This document shows positions 48,473-58,800 of a stretch of 64,000 bases of DNA, piece by piece. The DNA is taken from assembly GCA_023417065.1 (NCBI GenBank), contig JAEZGH010000209.1:279-64278 (forward strand), given 5' to 3'. This DNA comes from Bacteroidota bacterium (GTDB lineage Bacteria > Bacteroidota > Bacteroidia > Cytophagales > Cyclobacteriaceae). Made by a program: the position numbers and the translations under genes. Under the pieces are notes generated by a model that did no database searches, was not told the DNA's origin, and worked only from the letters and a program-made list of their open reading frames with translations. How positions within the stretch are numbered: position 1 is the first letter of the stretch; each line of letters begins with the position of its first letter.

Positions 48473-49045
48473 ATGGTGGATTTGTTTGGTGATTTGCCTG
48501 TTGTGCCGGGTTTCGAATACCTTCCGGATTTTCTGTCGGATGCAGAAGAAACTGATCTTCTCGCTCTTTTGTTGAAGCTGCCCCTGCACCCATTTCAGTT
48601 TCATGGGTATGAGGCCAGGCGGAAGGTGGAAAGCTTTGGCTACGACTATAGCTTTGACGACAACAGCCTTCGGCCCGGTAAGCCGATTCCCGAAAGCTTC
48701 ATGCCTTTGATCCGGCGCGTCGCCACGACGTTAGGCATCGATGTGTCGGAGATTCGCGAGCTGCTGGTTACGGAGTACCCGGAGGGCGCTCAGATAAACT
48801 GGCATCGCGATGCGTTTCCATTTGAGATAATCGCCGGCGTTTCTCTTCTCTCAGATTGTACTTTCCGGTTTCGGCCATTTGAAAAGGCAAAGCAAGGACG
48901 AAAGAGTATCCGTTCACAAATCGTTGGCCGGAGATCGTTATACGTTATGCGCGATGAGGCGCGGACTCAATGGCAGCACAGCATTTTGCCCGTAAGTTCC
49001 AGGAGGTATTCCATCACCTTGCGAACGTTACGCGTTGCCGGCTAG
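48473..49045 (+). CDS. AlkB-like 2OG-Fe(II) oxygenase
   Basis: INWHRD (HxD), WQHSI and RYSITLR. Confidence 0.88.
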   Translation: MVDLFGDLPVVPGFEYLPDFLSDAEETDLLALLLKLPLHPFQFHGYEARRKVESFGYDYSFDDNSLRPGKPIPESFMPLIRRVATTLGIDVSEIRELLVTEYPEGAQINWHRDAFPFEIIAGVSLLSDCTFRFRPFEKAKQGRKSIRSQIVGRRSLYVMRDEARTQWQHSILPVSSRRYSITLRTLRVAG

Positions 49046-49845
49046 CCCCGACTGACAACGTCGCGAAGAATATTCAGTACACCGTAGTCGTCGTTTGAGC
49101 CAGTGATAAATCTGGCTACTTTTTTCACTTCGGGATGTGCACCCGCCATGGCATAACTGAATGCTGACTCCTCCAGCATTTCAATATCGTTCAGGAAATC
49201 ACCGAACGCCATCGTTTGATCACGGGAAATCCCCAGGAGGTTTTGTACGTGACGGAGTGCTCGTCCTTTGTTGGCAAGCGGATCTGACAGGTCAAGCCAT
49301 ATTTTGCCAGATACCTTTACCTGAAGGATGCCCTGCTTTTTGCGGAAGTGCTGGTAGGAGTTCTGCTCGGCGCCCTTCAGATCACAGAGGGCAATCTTCA
49401 GAAAATCGTCATCGTCTACGGTAAGTATGTCGTCCACTACTTTTATGCGGTCGTAGTATAAAGACATCTTTTCAAAGAATTCCGGCGACTGATTGTCGAT
49501 ATATGCCTGTCGTTTTCCGCACAGGATAGGGTACACGTCGGAAAATTCTCTCGCCTCTATCAGCTGCTGGCGGGCGAGATCCTTGTCCATGGCCTGCACC
49601 AGAAGTTCTTCGCCTTTATAGGACACGAAACTTCCGTTTTCTGCGATAAACAGAATTTCCTGTTCAAGGCCGGGGAACATTTTTACGATGTTATAGTATT
49701 GTCTGCCACTTGCTGCGGCGAAGAGTATGTCTTTGATTTTCAGGTTTTCAAAAAGGGAGTAAAACTCCTCCGGGAGTTCGTGTTTAGACGTGAGCAATGT
49801 CCCATCCATATCCGCGACGACCAATCTTACCGATGCGAAGTCCAT
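49042..49845 (-). CDS. Cof-type HAD-IIB hydrolase
   Basis: DMDGTLL, ASGR, ENG, NKG and FGDFLNDIEM. Confidence 0.92.
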   Translation of the reverse strand: MDFASVRLVVADMDGTLLTSKHELPEEFYSLFENLKIKDILFAAASGRQYYNIVKMFPGLEQEILFIAENGSFVSYKGEELLVQAMDKDLARQQLIEAREFSDVYPILCGKRQAYIDNQSPEFFEKMSLYYDRIKVVDDILTVDDDDFLKIALCDLKGAEQNSYQHFRKKQGILQVKVSGKIWLDLSDPLANKGRALRHVQNLLGISRDQTMAFGDFLNDIEMLEESAFSYAMAGAHPEVKKVARFITGSNDDYGVLNILRDVVSRG

Positions 49846-49988
49846 TTCTTGAGTTTGATGTTCAATAAAAGACCGCAAGGTAAAACTAATGCCTGGAATG
49901 CGTGTGGGGATTTTTTTAATTATGTTAAGAGTGATCCTGATGCCGGTACAATACCGAAAAGCATATACATTAACTATATTGTGAGGGC

Positions 49989-50453
49989 ATGTCTGATGTT
50001 ACGAAACAGGTTGTACTTACGATAGTTTCCGGGATGCTGGTATGCTGCGGTATATCGCAACGGGAAGGCCATTCTGAAATGATATTAAACCCGGAATCCT
50101 CATGCGGCTATTCCGATAAGGACTCGATTGACGGTTCGAAAGTATTATCGGTCGTTGAAAAAATGCCGGAGTATCGTGGAGGGATGAGCCACTTCCATGA
50201 ATCGATAGGTTGCGCCATCAAGCTCCCTGCCGACCCAGCACAAAGACAGTCAGTTATCGTTTATTTTGTTGTGGACACAACTGGAAGGGTTCGAAATGCG
50301 TGTATTGGTAAGAAAAATTCGTCGGATTCTCTGACCTTTTTTGAGAAGCAGACACTCAAGGCAATAAGACACCACCAGGATTGGATACCGGGAGTCAACG
50401 AAGGGAAAAAGGTTCCTGTAAAATTGAGTCTCCAAATAACTGCTCCGCGCTAA
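49989..50453 (+). CDS. TonB C-terminal domain protein
   Basis: VEKMPEYRGG, VIVYFVVDTTGRV and WIPGVNEGKKVPV. Confidence 0.7.
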   Translation: MSDVTKQVVLTIVSGMLVCCGISQREGHSEMILNPESSCGYSDKDSIDGSKVLSVVEKMPEYRGGMSHFHESIGCAIKLPADPAQRQSVIVYFVVDTTGRVRNACIGKKNSSDSLTFFEKQTLKAIRHHQDWIPGVNEGKKVPVKLSLQITAPR

Positions 50454-50516
50454 CTATTTTCTACACACTTGTCTTCCTTTTGAAATACTTGTCATGCAAC
50501 GCTTCCGACCCTCACG

Positions 50517-50864
50517 ATGAATAGAAGAATAACTGTTTTTGTGGGCATATTAACAACTTTGACCTTCGGGTGGGTTGCTTATCTTTGGGCAACTGATGAG
50601 CTGAAATTTCTAGGGCGCGAAACGGTGATAGTCACGGGCACGGTTGTGGACATCAGATTGGAGCCTTTCAAAAAAGGATACATCCAGGCATGTACTTATG
50701 AATTTATGATCAATGGTGAAAAGTTTACGGGGCAATACAATGGTACATACCTCACAGGGAAACAAAAAATTGGTGACCGGGTGAGGGCGAAGGTGGCAAA
50801 ACATGAACCTTCAATATCCAAAAGACTGGCGACGGTGCGGACTTCTGTTTCCGAAACCGAGTAG
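50517..50864 (+). CDS. Hypothetical membrane-anchored protein
   Basis: N-terminal TM, GTVVD..YEFMINGEKFTG..IGD (DUF3592-like pattern). Confidence 0.6.
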   Translation: MNRRITVFVGILTTLTFGWVAYLWATDELKFLGRETVIVTGTVVDIRLEPFKKGYIQACTYEFMINGEKFTGQYNGTYLTGKQKIGDRVRAKVAKHEPSISKRLATVRTSVSETE

Positions 50865-50884
50865 TCAGTGCGTTTCAGCATTTA

Positions 50885-51883
50885 ATGCATGACCAACTTA
50901 TCTCAAAACATATAATCTTGAAGAAAAACCTTATTCTCATCGCATTACTGGCTGCACTCACGCAATGCAAGACTCCGGCTCCGACCGGGATTGATCTGGA
51001 TTCCAACCCTTCAACGCTCGAAGTTTTTGCGGAAGGCATTGTGTCAACCCATCTGTATGAACGCGATTTGGCTATTTCACCCGACGGAAATGAAGTGATA
51101 TTTACAGTGGGTGACTACAAACAATCCAGGAGGTGTTTGGTGCGATTGGTCAGACGCGGCGGGAAGTGGGGTGAGAAAGAAATCTTAAAATTCTCGGGCA
51201 AGTATCAAGACATTGAACCTGCGTTCTCTGTGGATGGCAACAGGTTGTTCTTTGCTTCCAATCGACCCGTCGACAACGATTCAACCCGGACAGACTATAA
51301 CATTTGGGTTGCCGACAAAACGGGGGAGACATGGAGTGACCCGCAGCCACTGATTGTGGTCATCAACTCCAATCAGGATGAATTCTATCCATCGGTGGCA
51401 AGAAACGGGAACCTTTATTTCACAGCCACCCGGGAATCAGGTATCGGAAGTGAGGACATCTTCGTCAGCCGATGCGTTGATGGCGCGTACGCGGAACCCG
51501 AACCACTGGACTCAGCAATCAATACCCGAACCTATGAATTCAATGCTTACGTCTCCCCAGACGAAGACTTGATAATCTTTAGCTCCTTCGGCAGGAAAGA
51601 TGACCTTGGTGGCGGAGATTTGTACATCAGCAAAAAAGATGAGTCCGGGCAATGGCAACCCGCGGTGAATATGGGGCCAAAGATTAATTCGAAGCACCTG
51701 GATTTCTGTCCTGTGATTGACTGGCCACGGAAAAATTTCTACTTCACTAGCCAACGGTTCGAGCCCTCGACTGGCGAAATGCGAACCTTCAACGACCTGG
51801 ATCAATACGCAAATGGAGTCGTCAACGGGATGGGTAACATTTACAGGGTCGGCATAAGTGAAATCGGGGTGGAGTCAGACTGA
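50885..51883 (+). CDS. PD40/WD40-like beta-propeller lipoprotein
   Basis: Lipobox-like LTQC; repeated SPDGNEVIF, SVDGNRLFFASNR and GGGDLYIS. Confidence 0.8.
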   Translation: MHDQLISKHIILKKNLILIALLAALTQCKTPAPTGIDLDSNPSTLEVFAEGIVSTHLYERDLAISPDGNEVIFTVGDYKQSRRCLVRLVRRGGKWGEKEILKFSGKYQDIEPAFSVDGNRLFFASNRPVDNDSTRTDYNIWVADKTGETWSDPQPLIVVINSNQDEFYPSVARNGNLYFTATRESGIGSEDIFVSRCVDGAYAEPEPLDSAINTRTYEFNAYVSPDEDLIIFSSFGRKDDLGGGDLYISKKDESGQWQPAVNMGPKINSKHLDFCPVIDWPRKNFYFTSQRFEPSTGEMRTFNDLDQYANGVVNGMGNIYRVGISEIGVESD

Positions 51884-51897
51884 AGTCGTTCCGATCC

Positions 51898-52551
51898 TCA
51901 ATCACCGACGACCTTTCGTTTCAGTAAAAAGAAGCCGATCAATCCCACCATTCCGGTAATCAGGGTACTGACCATGATGATCAATGGGTGCAGGTTCATC
52001 CACATCGTTATGGTGATGCAGATGATCAACGCAATTCCGAGGAATCCCCAGAAGGGACTCTGGCAAATCGCCTGACGATTCACCTGTAAGGGAGTCGAGG
52101 CCGCTGGCGTTCGGAAAAGATACTGCAATGAATCGGCGTCCCAAAGAAGGAGATAAGTTGCTGCCAGCAACATCAGTCCTGTTATAACGGGAGTACCTCT
52201 GAACTCATACGCTACGGTGATGACGAAAATATTCAGAATCATTCCGAAGAACAAAAGAGCGCCGACCCGGGCGAAGCGTTGGGTAATGAGCAGAACGCCG
52301 GCGATGATTTGCGTCCAGCCGATGAATTGCCAGTATAACCCTGAGTCAGCCATTACTCTAAAGAACTGCTGAATTGGCTGGAGGTCGCATATCGACTGGC
52401 CGGCTTTGCTCAAGAGGGGGCCGCCACCTGAAAGCTTACCCATACCGACCGCTGCAATGATAAAGGCTGATCCAACGAGATAACGAAGATAAACTGTGAA
52501 CAGCTGCGCAAGGAGGGGGCGCCGCCACCATTCGAGAAGTCTCAGGAACAT
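51898..52551 (-). CDS. DoxX-like integral membrane protein
   Basis: SGLYWQFIGWTQIIAGVLL..NIFVIT motif, multiple TM helices; TGTAAC-N17-CGTC ECF-like promoter at 52573-52599. Confidence 0.7.
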   Translation of the reverse strand: MFLRLLEWWRRPLLAQLFTVYLRYLVGSAFIIAAVGMGKLSGGGPLLSKAGQSICDLQPIQQFFRVMADSGLYWQFIGWTQIIAGVLLITQRFARVGALLFFGMILNIFVITVAYEFRGTPVITGLMLLAATYLLLWDADSLQYLFRTPAASTPLQVNRQAICQSPFWGFLGIALIICITITMWMNLHPLIIMVSTLITGMVGLIGFFLLKRKVVGD

Positions 52552-52628
52552 AAAAGTGGATTTCTCCAGCCCGACGCCGATGCACACTGTTTTGTTACAG
52601 TGTGGTGAGTCATTTGGAAGCTTTCATA

Positions 52629-53228
52629 CTACTTTCTTTTCTCAAGATCCTTGAGCGCCAGATTGTAGGACTCGATCAGGAGGTATTCCTGGCCAACCAG
52701 TTCATTGAAACGCAGTTTTAGCTGAAGGAGGGTGGCTTCGATATTAATGGGATCATGTGTTTCAGGTTTGAAAAATAGTTCGACAAGACCACCCATTGTC
52801 TTGTCAAGGATCACGTCCTGGAGGGCATACACATTGGTGAGTATTTCTACTTCGTTATAATCAAATTCTGCAATGATGCCGGTCGAGCGTGCGGTTTCCC
52901 ATGCTGTACTGGTAAGTAATTCCCGCATCAGTGATTTACCATTAGTCAGGCGTGAAAGATCGAAATGCTTGTTCTCGTAAAGGCCTGATGCTGCGGGTAC
53001 GGAGGATAATGAATCCACTCGTTTTAACACCGATTTGTGGAGAGGTAGTATTTCTTCGGTGACACGAAGGTTGTGGGTTAGTTCCCGGACAAGACTTTCT
53101 CGGGCTATGCGCTGCTGTTTCCGAACTTTCTTGTCTTCGAATATCTTATTGAGAAAAAGTGCCAGCGACACGCTGAATACGATAAGGAATGCTTCGATAA
53201 GGTATTTGCGGATGGCTTTCTTTTTCAT
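52629..53228 (-). CDS. Hypothetical protein with N-terminal TM and coiled coil
   Basis: EAFLIVFSVSLALFL; STAWETARSTG. Confidence 0.7.
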   Translation of the reverse strand: MKKKAIRKYLIEAFLIVFSVSLALFLNKIFEDKKVRKQQRIARESLVRELTHNLRVTEEILPLHKSVLKRVDSLSSVPAASGLYENKHFDLSRLTNGKSLMRELLTSTAWETARSTGIIAEFDYNEVEILTNVYALQDVILDKTMGGLVELFFKPETHDPINIEATLLQLKLRFNELVGQEYLLIESYNLALKDLEKRK

Positions 53229-53322
53229 ATGGGATGATATATCAAACTTAATGAAATTGTCGCGTATTGGGAAGCCTTAAATAGAAAGCAACGGATCAGA
53301 ACTTGCCGTGGAATTTTGAGTC

Positions 53323-53997
53323 TTACTTCTCAATAGCTGTTTCCTGATATGATCCAGTGATAATTTTTCCGTCAAGGAAATCAAAGCTGATCCTGCATCC
53401 CATTCCGGGTGCCGCGATTTCAATGTGCTGTGGTCTGTCCATCGCGACCTTTGGAAATCCCTGTATTGCGTCACCGTTTTTGAAGAAATAGGTTTCTCTG
53501 ACGAGGGTGTCGTAATAGTAGTCTACCGATCTGAAGATCTCGCCGGATTCATAATAACTGTAGCCAGTGAAGTGCTTGTGATTCTTGATAAAGTACGTTT
53601 CCGCAGCTTTTGGACCACTGGGAGAATATTCTGTTTTGCAATAAATATCACCCGGCAGCGCTGCGGTTTGGGTGATAAATTGAAACTTATCTTCCTGAAA
53701 TACTTTTGTCTTGGTGGTGAAGTCCACAGAAAAAGCAATCCACGCAGCGAGGCCCAATATTATCACAGGAATTACCATTGTTGCAGTTCTTCGCAGGAAT
53801 TCACTTTCACGATCACGTGCTAACCTTTCCCGTACGCGAATTCGAATCATTTCCAGGTCAGCGCGATCGCCTGAGGAGAGATTTTTTTTGACTTCATCAC
53901 GGTAGACCTCGCGCGCCGACTTACGCTTTGGCAAGATTTCCCTGTTGTACTTCAGGGTATCAATCATTTGCTTCAGGCTGCCAAAACCGATATTCAT
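53323..53997 (-). CDS. Hypothetical membrane protein with MORN/YwqK-like repeats
   Basis: One TM helix; YYESGEI and YFFKNGD repeats. Confidence 0.6.
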   Translation of the reverse strand: MNIGFGSLKQMIDTLKYNREILPKRKSAREVYRDEVKKNLSSGDRADLEMIRIRVRERLARDRESEFLRRTATMVIPVIILGLAAWIAFSVDFTTKTKVFQEDKFQFITQTAALPGDIYCKTEYSPSGPKAAETYFIKNHKHFTGYSYYESGEIFRSVDYYYDTLVRETYFFKNGDAIQGFPKVAMDRPQHIEIAAPGMGCRISFDFLDGKIITGSYQETAIEK

Positions 53998-54085
53998 AAC
54001 TGAGCGAATTAGATGTAACGGCCCCGTTTTGCCAGGGGTATTCTTCTTAAGATAACGATTTTTTTTGGAAGAATAAATCCGAGAG

Positions 54086-54658
54086 CTAATCTATCTCAAC
54101 TCCGAAGCATTCGAGCAGGCCTGCCGCGGCAGGCATCGCGAACTTTGCTTTTCTAAGTCGGTTTATGCGAGGGTCGATGGTGTAATTTCGAGCTGTCCTG
54201 AAGTCGGTCTTCTCCAGCACTGAGTGTTCAAACTTCGCATTTAATAATTCACATTCTGCAAACACAGCGCCTGTGGCGTCGCACTCGGAAAAGTCGGCCT
54301 CCTGAAGTAGGCATGCATCGAAACGCGTGTTCTTCAGCTTGCATTTATAGAAGGAAGCGTGATCAAGCACGCAATGCTGAAACTCGACGCGGAAGCCAAA
54401 GGGGTTACACGTTTCGAAACGCAATCCCATGAGTTTAGAATTTACAAACTTAATCTCCTGCAGGCTCGTTCCGTTTAGCGTGGCAAGCGTAAGATTACAA
54501 TCCTCGAAGGTACAGTCAATGAACATAATTTCGTTGAGTCGGCTTCTTGAGAAGTCGCACTGTACAAAACGGCAACTTTCGTATTCTCCGGGGGAAAGTT
54601 CATCGGCAGTGAAATCCCTGTTGATGAAATCTATTTCTGTAAAATAAGGCGCTGCCAT
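54086..54658 (-). CDS. Pentapeptide-repeat protein
   Basis: Regular CxFxx/ADFSE/TDFRTA pentapeptide periodicity. Confidence 0.9.
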   Translation of the reverse strand: MAAPYFTEIDFINRDFTADELSPGEYESCRFVQCDFSRSRLNEIMFIDCTFEDCNLTLATLNGTSLQEIKFVNSKLMGLRFETCNPFGFRVEFQHCVLDHASFYKCKLKNTRFDACLLQEADFSECDATGAVFAECELLNAKFEHSVLEKTDFRTARNYTIDPRINRLRKAKFAMPAAAGLLECFGVEID

Positions 54659-54675
54659 AAAGTCTACCTGTTGAT

Positions 54676-55911
54676 TTAATTCTGATTTTCGAGAAGGGCA
54701 AGCTTGCGTTCAATAAGCTGCCGGTCTGCTGCCGTCCTGATTAGCCGGAGTGCTTCGATAAGGCATTGTTTTGCCCTGGCTCGGTCTGTTGCTTGGTACA
54801 ATTCGCCCAGCAATGCAAAGTAAAAGGGATTTTCGGTCAATTGTAATTTTTCCGCTTCCTGAATAGCTGCGTCTACACCTTTTACTTTTGCCAAAGCCCA
54901 GGTTCGGTTCAAAGCGGCGATCGGAGAATATTCTATTGTCAGGAGGTAATTATACAGTTGGAGGATATTTTCCCATTTTTCGGGAGTGTCTGATTTTATT
55001 GTGTGCCAGTAAGCAATTCCTGCCTCGAGATGATATTTGCTCAGTTGGTTTCCCACTGACGATTTGTGCAGAAACTCAATTCCTTTGGTGATAAGCGCGC
55101 GATCCCAGAGCGAGTCGTCCTGGTCGTCATAGAGTACGGGCATGCCGGACTTGTCTCGTCGCGCAGGAAACCGGGATGCATGAAAACACATCAGCGCCTG
55201 AAGCGCGTTTACTTCGGGAGTACTGGTTTCAGGGTTTTGAAGGAGTAAATCCGCGAGACGCATGGCTTCGATACATAAATCTTCGCGAAGGACGGCGTCA
55301 TGAGTTTCTGAATAGTAGCCTTCGTTGAAGAGTAAATACAACGTGGTGAGTACTGTCTTCAGGCGGTTGTTCATTTCGTCAGGTGATGGAAACTCGAGGC
55401 GAACCTTTAATGTGCGCAATTTCTCCCGCGCCCGGAAGAGTCGTTTTGATATTGTTTCCCTGTTCGTCAAAAAGGCTATAGCAATTTCATCAATGCCGAA
55501 TCCGCAGAGGATCCGAAGGGCAAGGCCGATCTGCGACTCCGGAGAAATCTCCGGAGTACAGATGGCAAATAGCATACGAAGCTGACTGTCGGTGATGTTG
55601 GATTCCGATAAATCGATGTTGACCGATGAGTCATTCGCAGCGGCCCGAAATTCAATCGATATCTTCTCTCTGAAGGAGCGCTCGCGGGCCAGGTAGCTAT
55701 GCGTTTTATTCTTCGCTACAGCGTAGAGCCACGCAACAGGATTTTCGGGGATGCCACGGTAGGGCCAGGTATTCAACGCTGAAAGAAACGCTTCACTGGC
55801 AAGGTCTTCAGCTTCCTGAATTCGATCAATACCGAGGTAGTTACAAAGTACAGCCGTTATTCTGCTGTACTCTGTCCGGAAGAGATGTGGTATGAGTTGC
55901 GACGACTCCAC
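54676..55911 (-). CDS. ECF sigma factor with long C-terminal extension (ECF42-like)
   Basis: AEDLASEAF, WLYAVAKNK, TISKRLFRAR, LYLLFNEGY and QDDSLWD. Confidence 0.88.
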   Translation of the reverse strand: MESSQLIPHLFRTEYSRITAVLCNYLGIDRIQEAEDLASEAFLSALNTWPYRGIPENPVAWLYAVAKNKTHSYLARERSFREKISIEFRAAANDSSVNIDLSESNITDSQLRMLFAICTPEISPESQIGLALRILCGFGIDEIAIAFLTNRETISKRLFRAREKLRTLKVRLEFPSPDEMNNRLKTVLTTLYLLFNEGYYSETHDAVLREDLCIEAMRLADLLLQNPETSTPEVNALQALMCFHASRFPARRDKSGMPVLYDDQDDSLWDRALITKGIEFLHKSSVGNQLSKYHLEAGIAYWHTIKSDTPEKWENILQLYNYLLTIEYSPIAALNRTWALAKVKGVDAAIQEAEKLQLTENPFYFALLGELYQATDRARAKQCLIEALRLIRTAADRQLIERKLALLENQN

Positions 55912-55923
55912 GCCAGATTGTTG

Positions 55924-56277
55924 TCAGTGGGAACCGTTCTCCGACGCCATAAGCCTGACTTCGACGGTATTTCCTTCCCCTTGCAGGACGGGCGAGCCTT
56001 TGGCAAACTCTGCTGCTTCATCAATAGATTCCGCCCGCACAATAATATATCCTGCAAGTGTTTCCTTGATATCCCCGAAAGGGGCATTCGTGACCACGTT
56101 CCCGTGATGTACGACCCGTGCCTCATCAAACGGAAGGCCCGCGCCGCCGACGTATTTGTTCTGGGCAGCAATACCTCCGATCCAGTCCATTGTTTGCTTC
56201 ATCCAAACCTGGATTTGCTCCGGTGATGCAATTTTTTGACCGTCTTCATGACGGAAGATTAACATGTACTCTTTCAT
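55924..56277 (-). CDS. YCII/DGPF-domain protein
   Basis: VTNAPFGDIKETLAGYIIV..VEVR; directly upstream of the ECF sigma. Confidence 0.85.
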   Translation of the reverse strand: MKEYMLIFRHEDGQKIASPEQIQVWMKQTMDWIGGIAAQNKYVGGAGLPFDEARVVHHGNVVTNAPFGDIKETLAGYIIVRAESIDEAAEFAKGSPVLQGEGNTVEVRLMASENGSH

Positions 56278-56365
56278 AAAAGTGAATTTAAGGTTTTTAA
56301 TGTTCGCCTTTATGACAATCGGCACCGGGAAAAATGGACAACCCTGCCTGAATTTTTTGAACGAA

Positions 56366-57238
56366 TTACAATTTTTTAAGACATTCCACCAGACTGTCAT
56401 GCCAATGTGGGACGTCTATTCCGAACGTTTCTTTGATTTTTCGTTTGCTGAGCAGGCTGAATTTCGGTCGCGCTGCTTTGGTGGGATACTCCTCAGACCG
56501 GAGGGGTTTGATCTTACAATCCAGATTTGTGTGTCTGACGATGAAGTGGGCAAGGTCGTACCAGGAAATAGCGCCTTCATTTGAGTAGTGGTAAACCCCG
56601 GGGACGTCCTTTCTTCCGGAAAAGATCTGATCCAGCATCTGGAGGATGACAACTGCAAGGTCCCGTGCATAAGTCGGAGAGCCTATTTGATCAACAACAA
56701 CACCCAGTTCGGGGCGCTGCGCTGCCAATGTTCGTATCGTCTTTACGAAGTTTTTGCCAAAGCTTGAGTACACCCACGCCGTGCGAACAATGTACGCGTC
56801 GGAAAGGATTTCCTGAATGAACTGTTCGCCTTTCAGTTTGGTAATTCCGTATACGGATACAGGATGAGGTTCAACATTTTCGTCGATGGGTTGATTGCTC
56901 TCTCCATTGAATACGTAGTCGGTAGAAATATGTATCAGGCGAATACTCCGCTCCCGGCAGACCTCAGCGATTGTTTGTACAGCATGAGCATTCACTGCCA
57001 TCGCCAGTTCCTGATTGTCTTCGGCGGCATCAACGGCGGTATAAGCGGCGCAGTTTATTATGGCTTTAAAGTCATTCGCCACAACAAATTCCTTAACCCT
57101 GGCGGAGTTTGTCAGATCCAGATCGCCAACGTCAACAAAAACAAATCCAAACTGCGGGAACTGCTCACTGGCTTCACGTATCTCGCTTCCAAGTTGTCCT
57201 AAAGATCCGGTTACAAGTGTTTTTATTACTGACTTCAT
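56366..57238 (-). CDS. rfbD: dTDP-4-dehydrorhamnose reductase
   Basis: GSLGQLG, NCAAYTAVDAAE, HISTDYVF, YGITK and DQIGSPT. Confidence 0.94.
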   Translation of the reverse strand: MKSVIKTLVTGSLGQLGSEIREASEQFPQFGFVFVDVGDLDLTNSARVKEFVVANDFKAIINCAAYTAVDAAEDNQELAMAVNAHAVQTIAEVCRERSIRLIHISTDYVFNGESNQPIDENVEPHPVSVYGITKLKGEQFIQEILSDAYIVRTAWVYSSFGKNFVKTIRTLAAQRPELGVVVDQIGSPTYARDLAVVILQMLDQIFSGRKDVPGVYHYSNEGAISWYDLAHFIVRHTNLDCKIKPLRSEEYPTKAARPKFSLLSKRKIKETFGIDVPHWHDSLVECLKKL

Positions 57239-57266
57239 CTAAGTGTGACAGAAGTTTTATCGTGTA

Positions 57267-58730
57267 CTAGTTGTTTGCGGGACGAAACGGCGAATTGGGT
57301 TTCCATTGGGGCACAGATTTCGCCGATGAAATCAGCATTGCCGCATGAACGAAGGAACGCACATACCGGGTAACGTAGTCGAAATCGAGGGAGGACGCGT
57401 GATCCGGAAGCTGGTGATAGTATTTCATGATTTCCTCATCAAAAGCCTTAATTCCCGGAGCAAAATTTACAGCAGGAATTCCGGCCGTTGCAAACCGATA
57501 GTTGTCCGAGCCTGCATATAAATTGAATTGAGGAACAGGATCAGCCGCAGCCTTCAGTCCGAATGCAGCGCATGCCCTGGTCAGAAGTTCTTCCGTCTGT
57601 GTGTACTCAAGTCCATTGATCGTAACGATAGATTTATCATTATATCCGCCTCCATCGGCGTTCAGATTGAAAACTGTTTCCTTAAGCGGAAGGATCGGGT
57701 GATCTGTATACCATTTGCTGCCGAGCAATCCTTTTTCTTCTGCAGTAAACGCGATAAAAAGTACGGACCGTGCAGGGCGATTTTGTCCAAGGTAACGCGC
57801 CGCCGCCAGCAGGGCAGTTGTCCCCAGGGCATTATCCCGTGCGCCATTGAAAATGGAATCTCCTTCAGCGTTCTTCTTCCCGGTGCCTATGTGGTCGTAG
57901 TGAGCAGAAAGTACCAGAATTTCGTTCTTAAGTTTTGGATCGCTGCCCTCCAGAAATCCTACAACGTTTCTCGTACTTAGTTTTTGGGGCGTAGCTCCCT
58001 GAATGCTGAGAGCGTAAGGCGCTTCACCTTTCTCTTTGATGGTCCTTAATATATTGGAGTCAATAATATTTCTTAAGAGAATATGCGGAATAGGTTCACC
58101 GCCTTCTTGCAGCGTGATGCGCTGCTGCATGAAGTAGTTCCCCAGAGCTTCGAACGTAACTACCGGCAAGGCTACAATTTCAATCAATGCTACCGCGCCA
58201 CGCTTTTTTGCTTCGGCATTTTTGTGGAACGCGGTTTCCTGAAAAGCCCGTGTAAGCACCGTGTCGCCGGGGTGCCCGATCAGACACAAGGCAACCTTGC
58301 CGTTGACATTCGTCTTCTCAAAATCCTGAGCCGTTCCATAGCCGGCAAAGACCACGTTACCTTTCAGGTTTGCATCTGTTCCGGTGAAAAGAAGAACATC
58401 TTTCTTAAGTGTGAAAGTTTCGTTCCCCATCGTCAGGGAGATTTCCGACGGTGGAGGTGTCCTTACGAGCGGAACCGCTTGATAGAATGAGTTCTGGCTG
58501 GGTGCGTGCGTAAGACCTGACAACGAAAACCGCGTCGCGATGTAGGTAGCTGCAATTTCAAGTTCGGGTGATCCTGAATCGCGGCCCTTCATTTCGTCAG
58601 CGGCAAGAAATTCAACATTTGCCTTCACATAGGTGGAGCTGATAAGCTCACTAATTTTCTTTGTGTGGTCGGTCTGTGCTGAAACAAGGACGGAGAAAAG
58701 AATAGGAAGAGAGGATAGAAGATATTTCAT
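57267..58730 (-). CDS. M28 family aminopeptidase with PA domain
   Basis: Signal peptide, SAHYDH, NGARDNA, AEEKGLLGS, GSDN and YH; TATATTTG -7 box on the minus strand at 58751-58758. Confidence 0.9.
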   Translation of the reverse strand: MKYLLSSLPILFSVLVSAQTDHTKKISELISSTYVKANVEFLAADEMKGRDSGSPELEIAATYIATRFSLSGLTHAPSQNSFYQAVPLVRTPPPSEISLTMGNETFTLKKDVLLFTGTDANLKGNVVFAGYGTAQDFEKTNVNGKVALCLIGHPGDTVLTRAFQETAFHKNAEAKKRGAVALIEIVALPVVTFEALGNYFMQQRITLQEGGEPIPHILLRNIIDSNILRTIKEKGEAPYALSIQGATPQKLSTRNVVGFLEGSDPKLKNEILVLSAHYDHIGTGKKNAEGDSIFNGARDNALGTTALLAAARYLGQNRPARSVLFIAFTAEEKGLLGSKWYTDHPILPLKETVFNLNADGGGYNDKSIVTINGLEYTQTEELLTRACAAFGLKAAADPVPQFNLYAGSDNYRFATAGIPAVNFAPGIKAFDEEIMKYYHQLPDHASSLDFDYVTRYVRSFVHAAMLISSAKSVPQWKPNSPFRPANN

Positions 58731-58800
58731 AGCTGGGATTAACAAGCTATCAAATATAGGAGATTCTGTCCAATAGCCGGCGTTCGTTGTCTGGCTGGAT

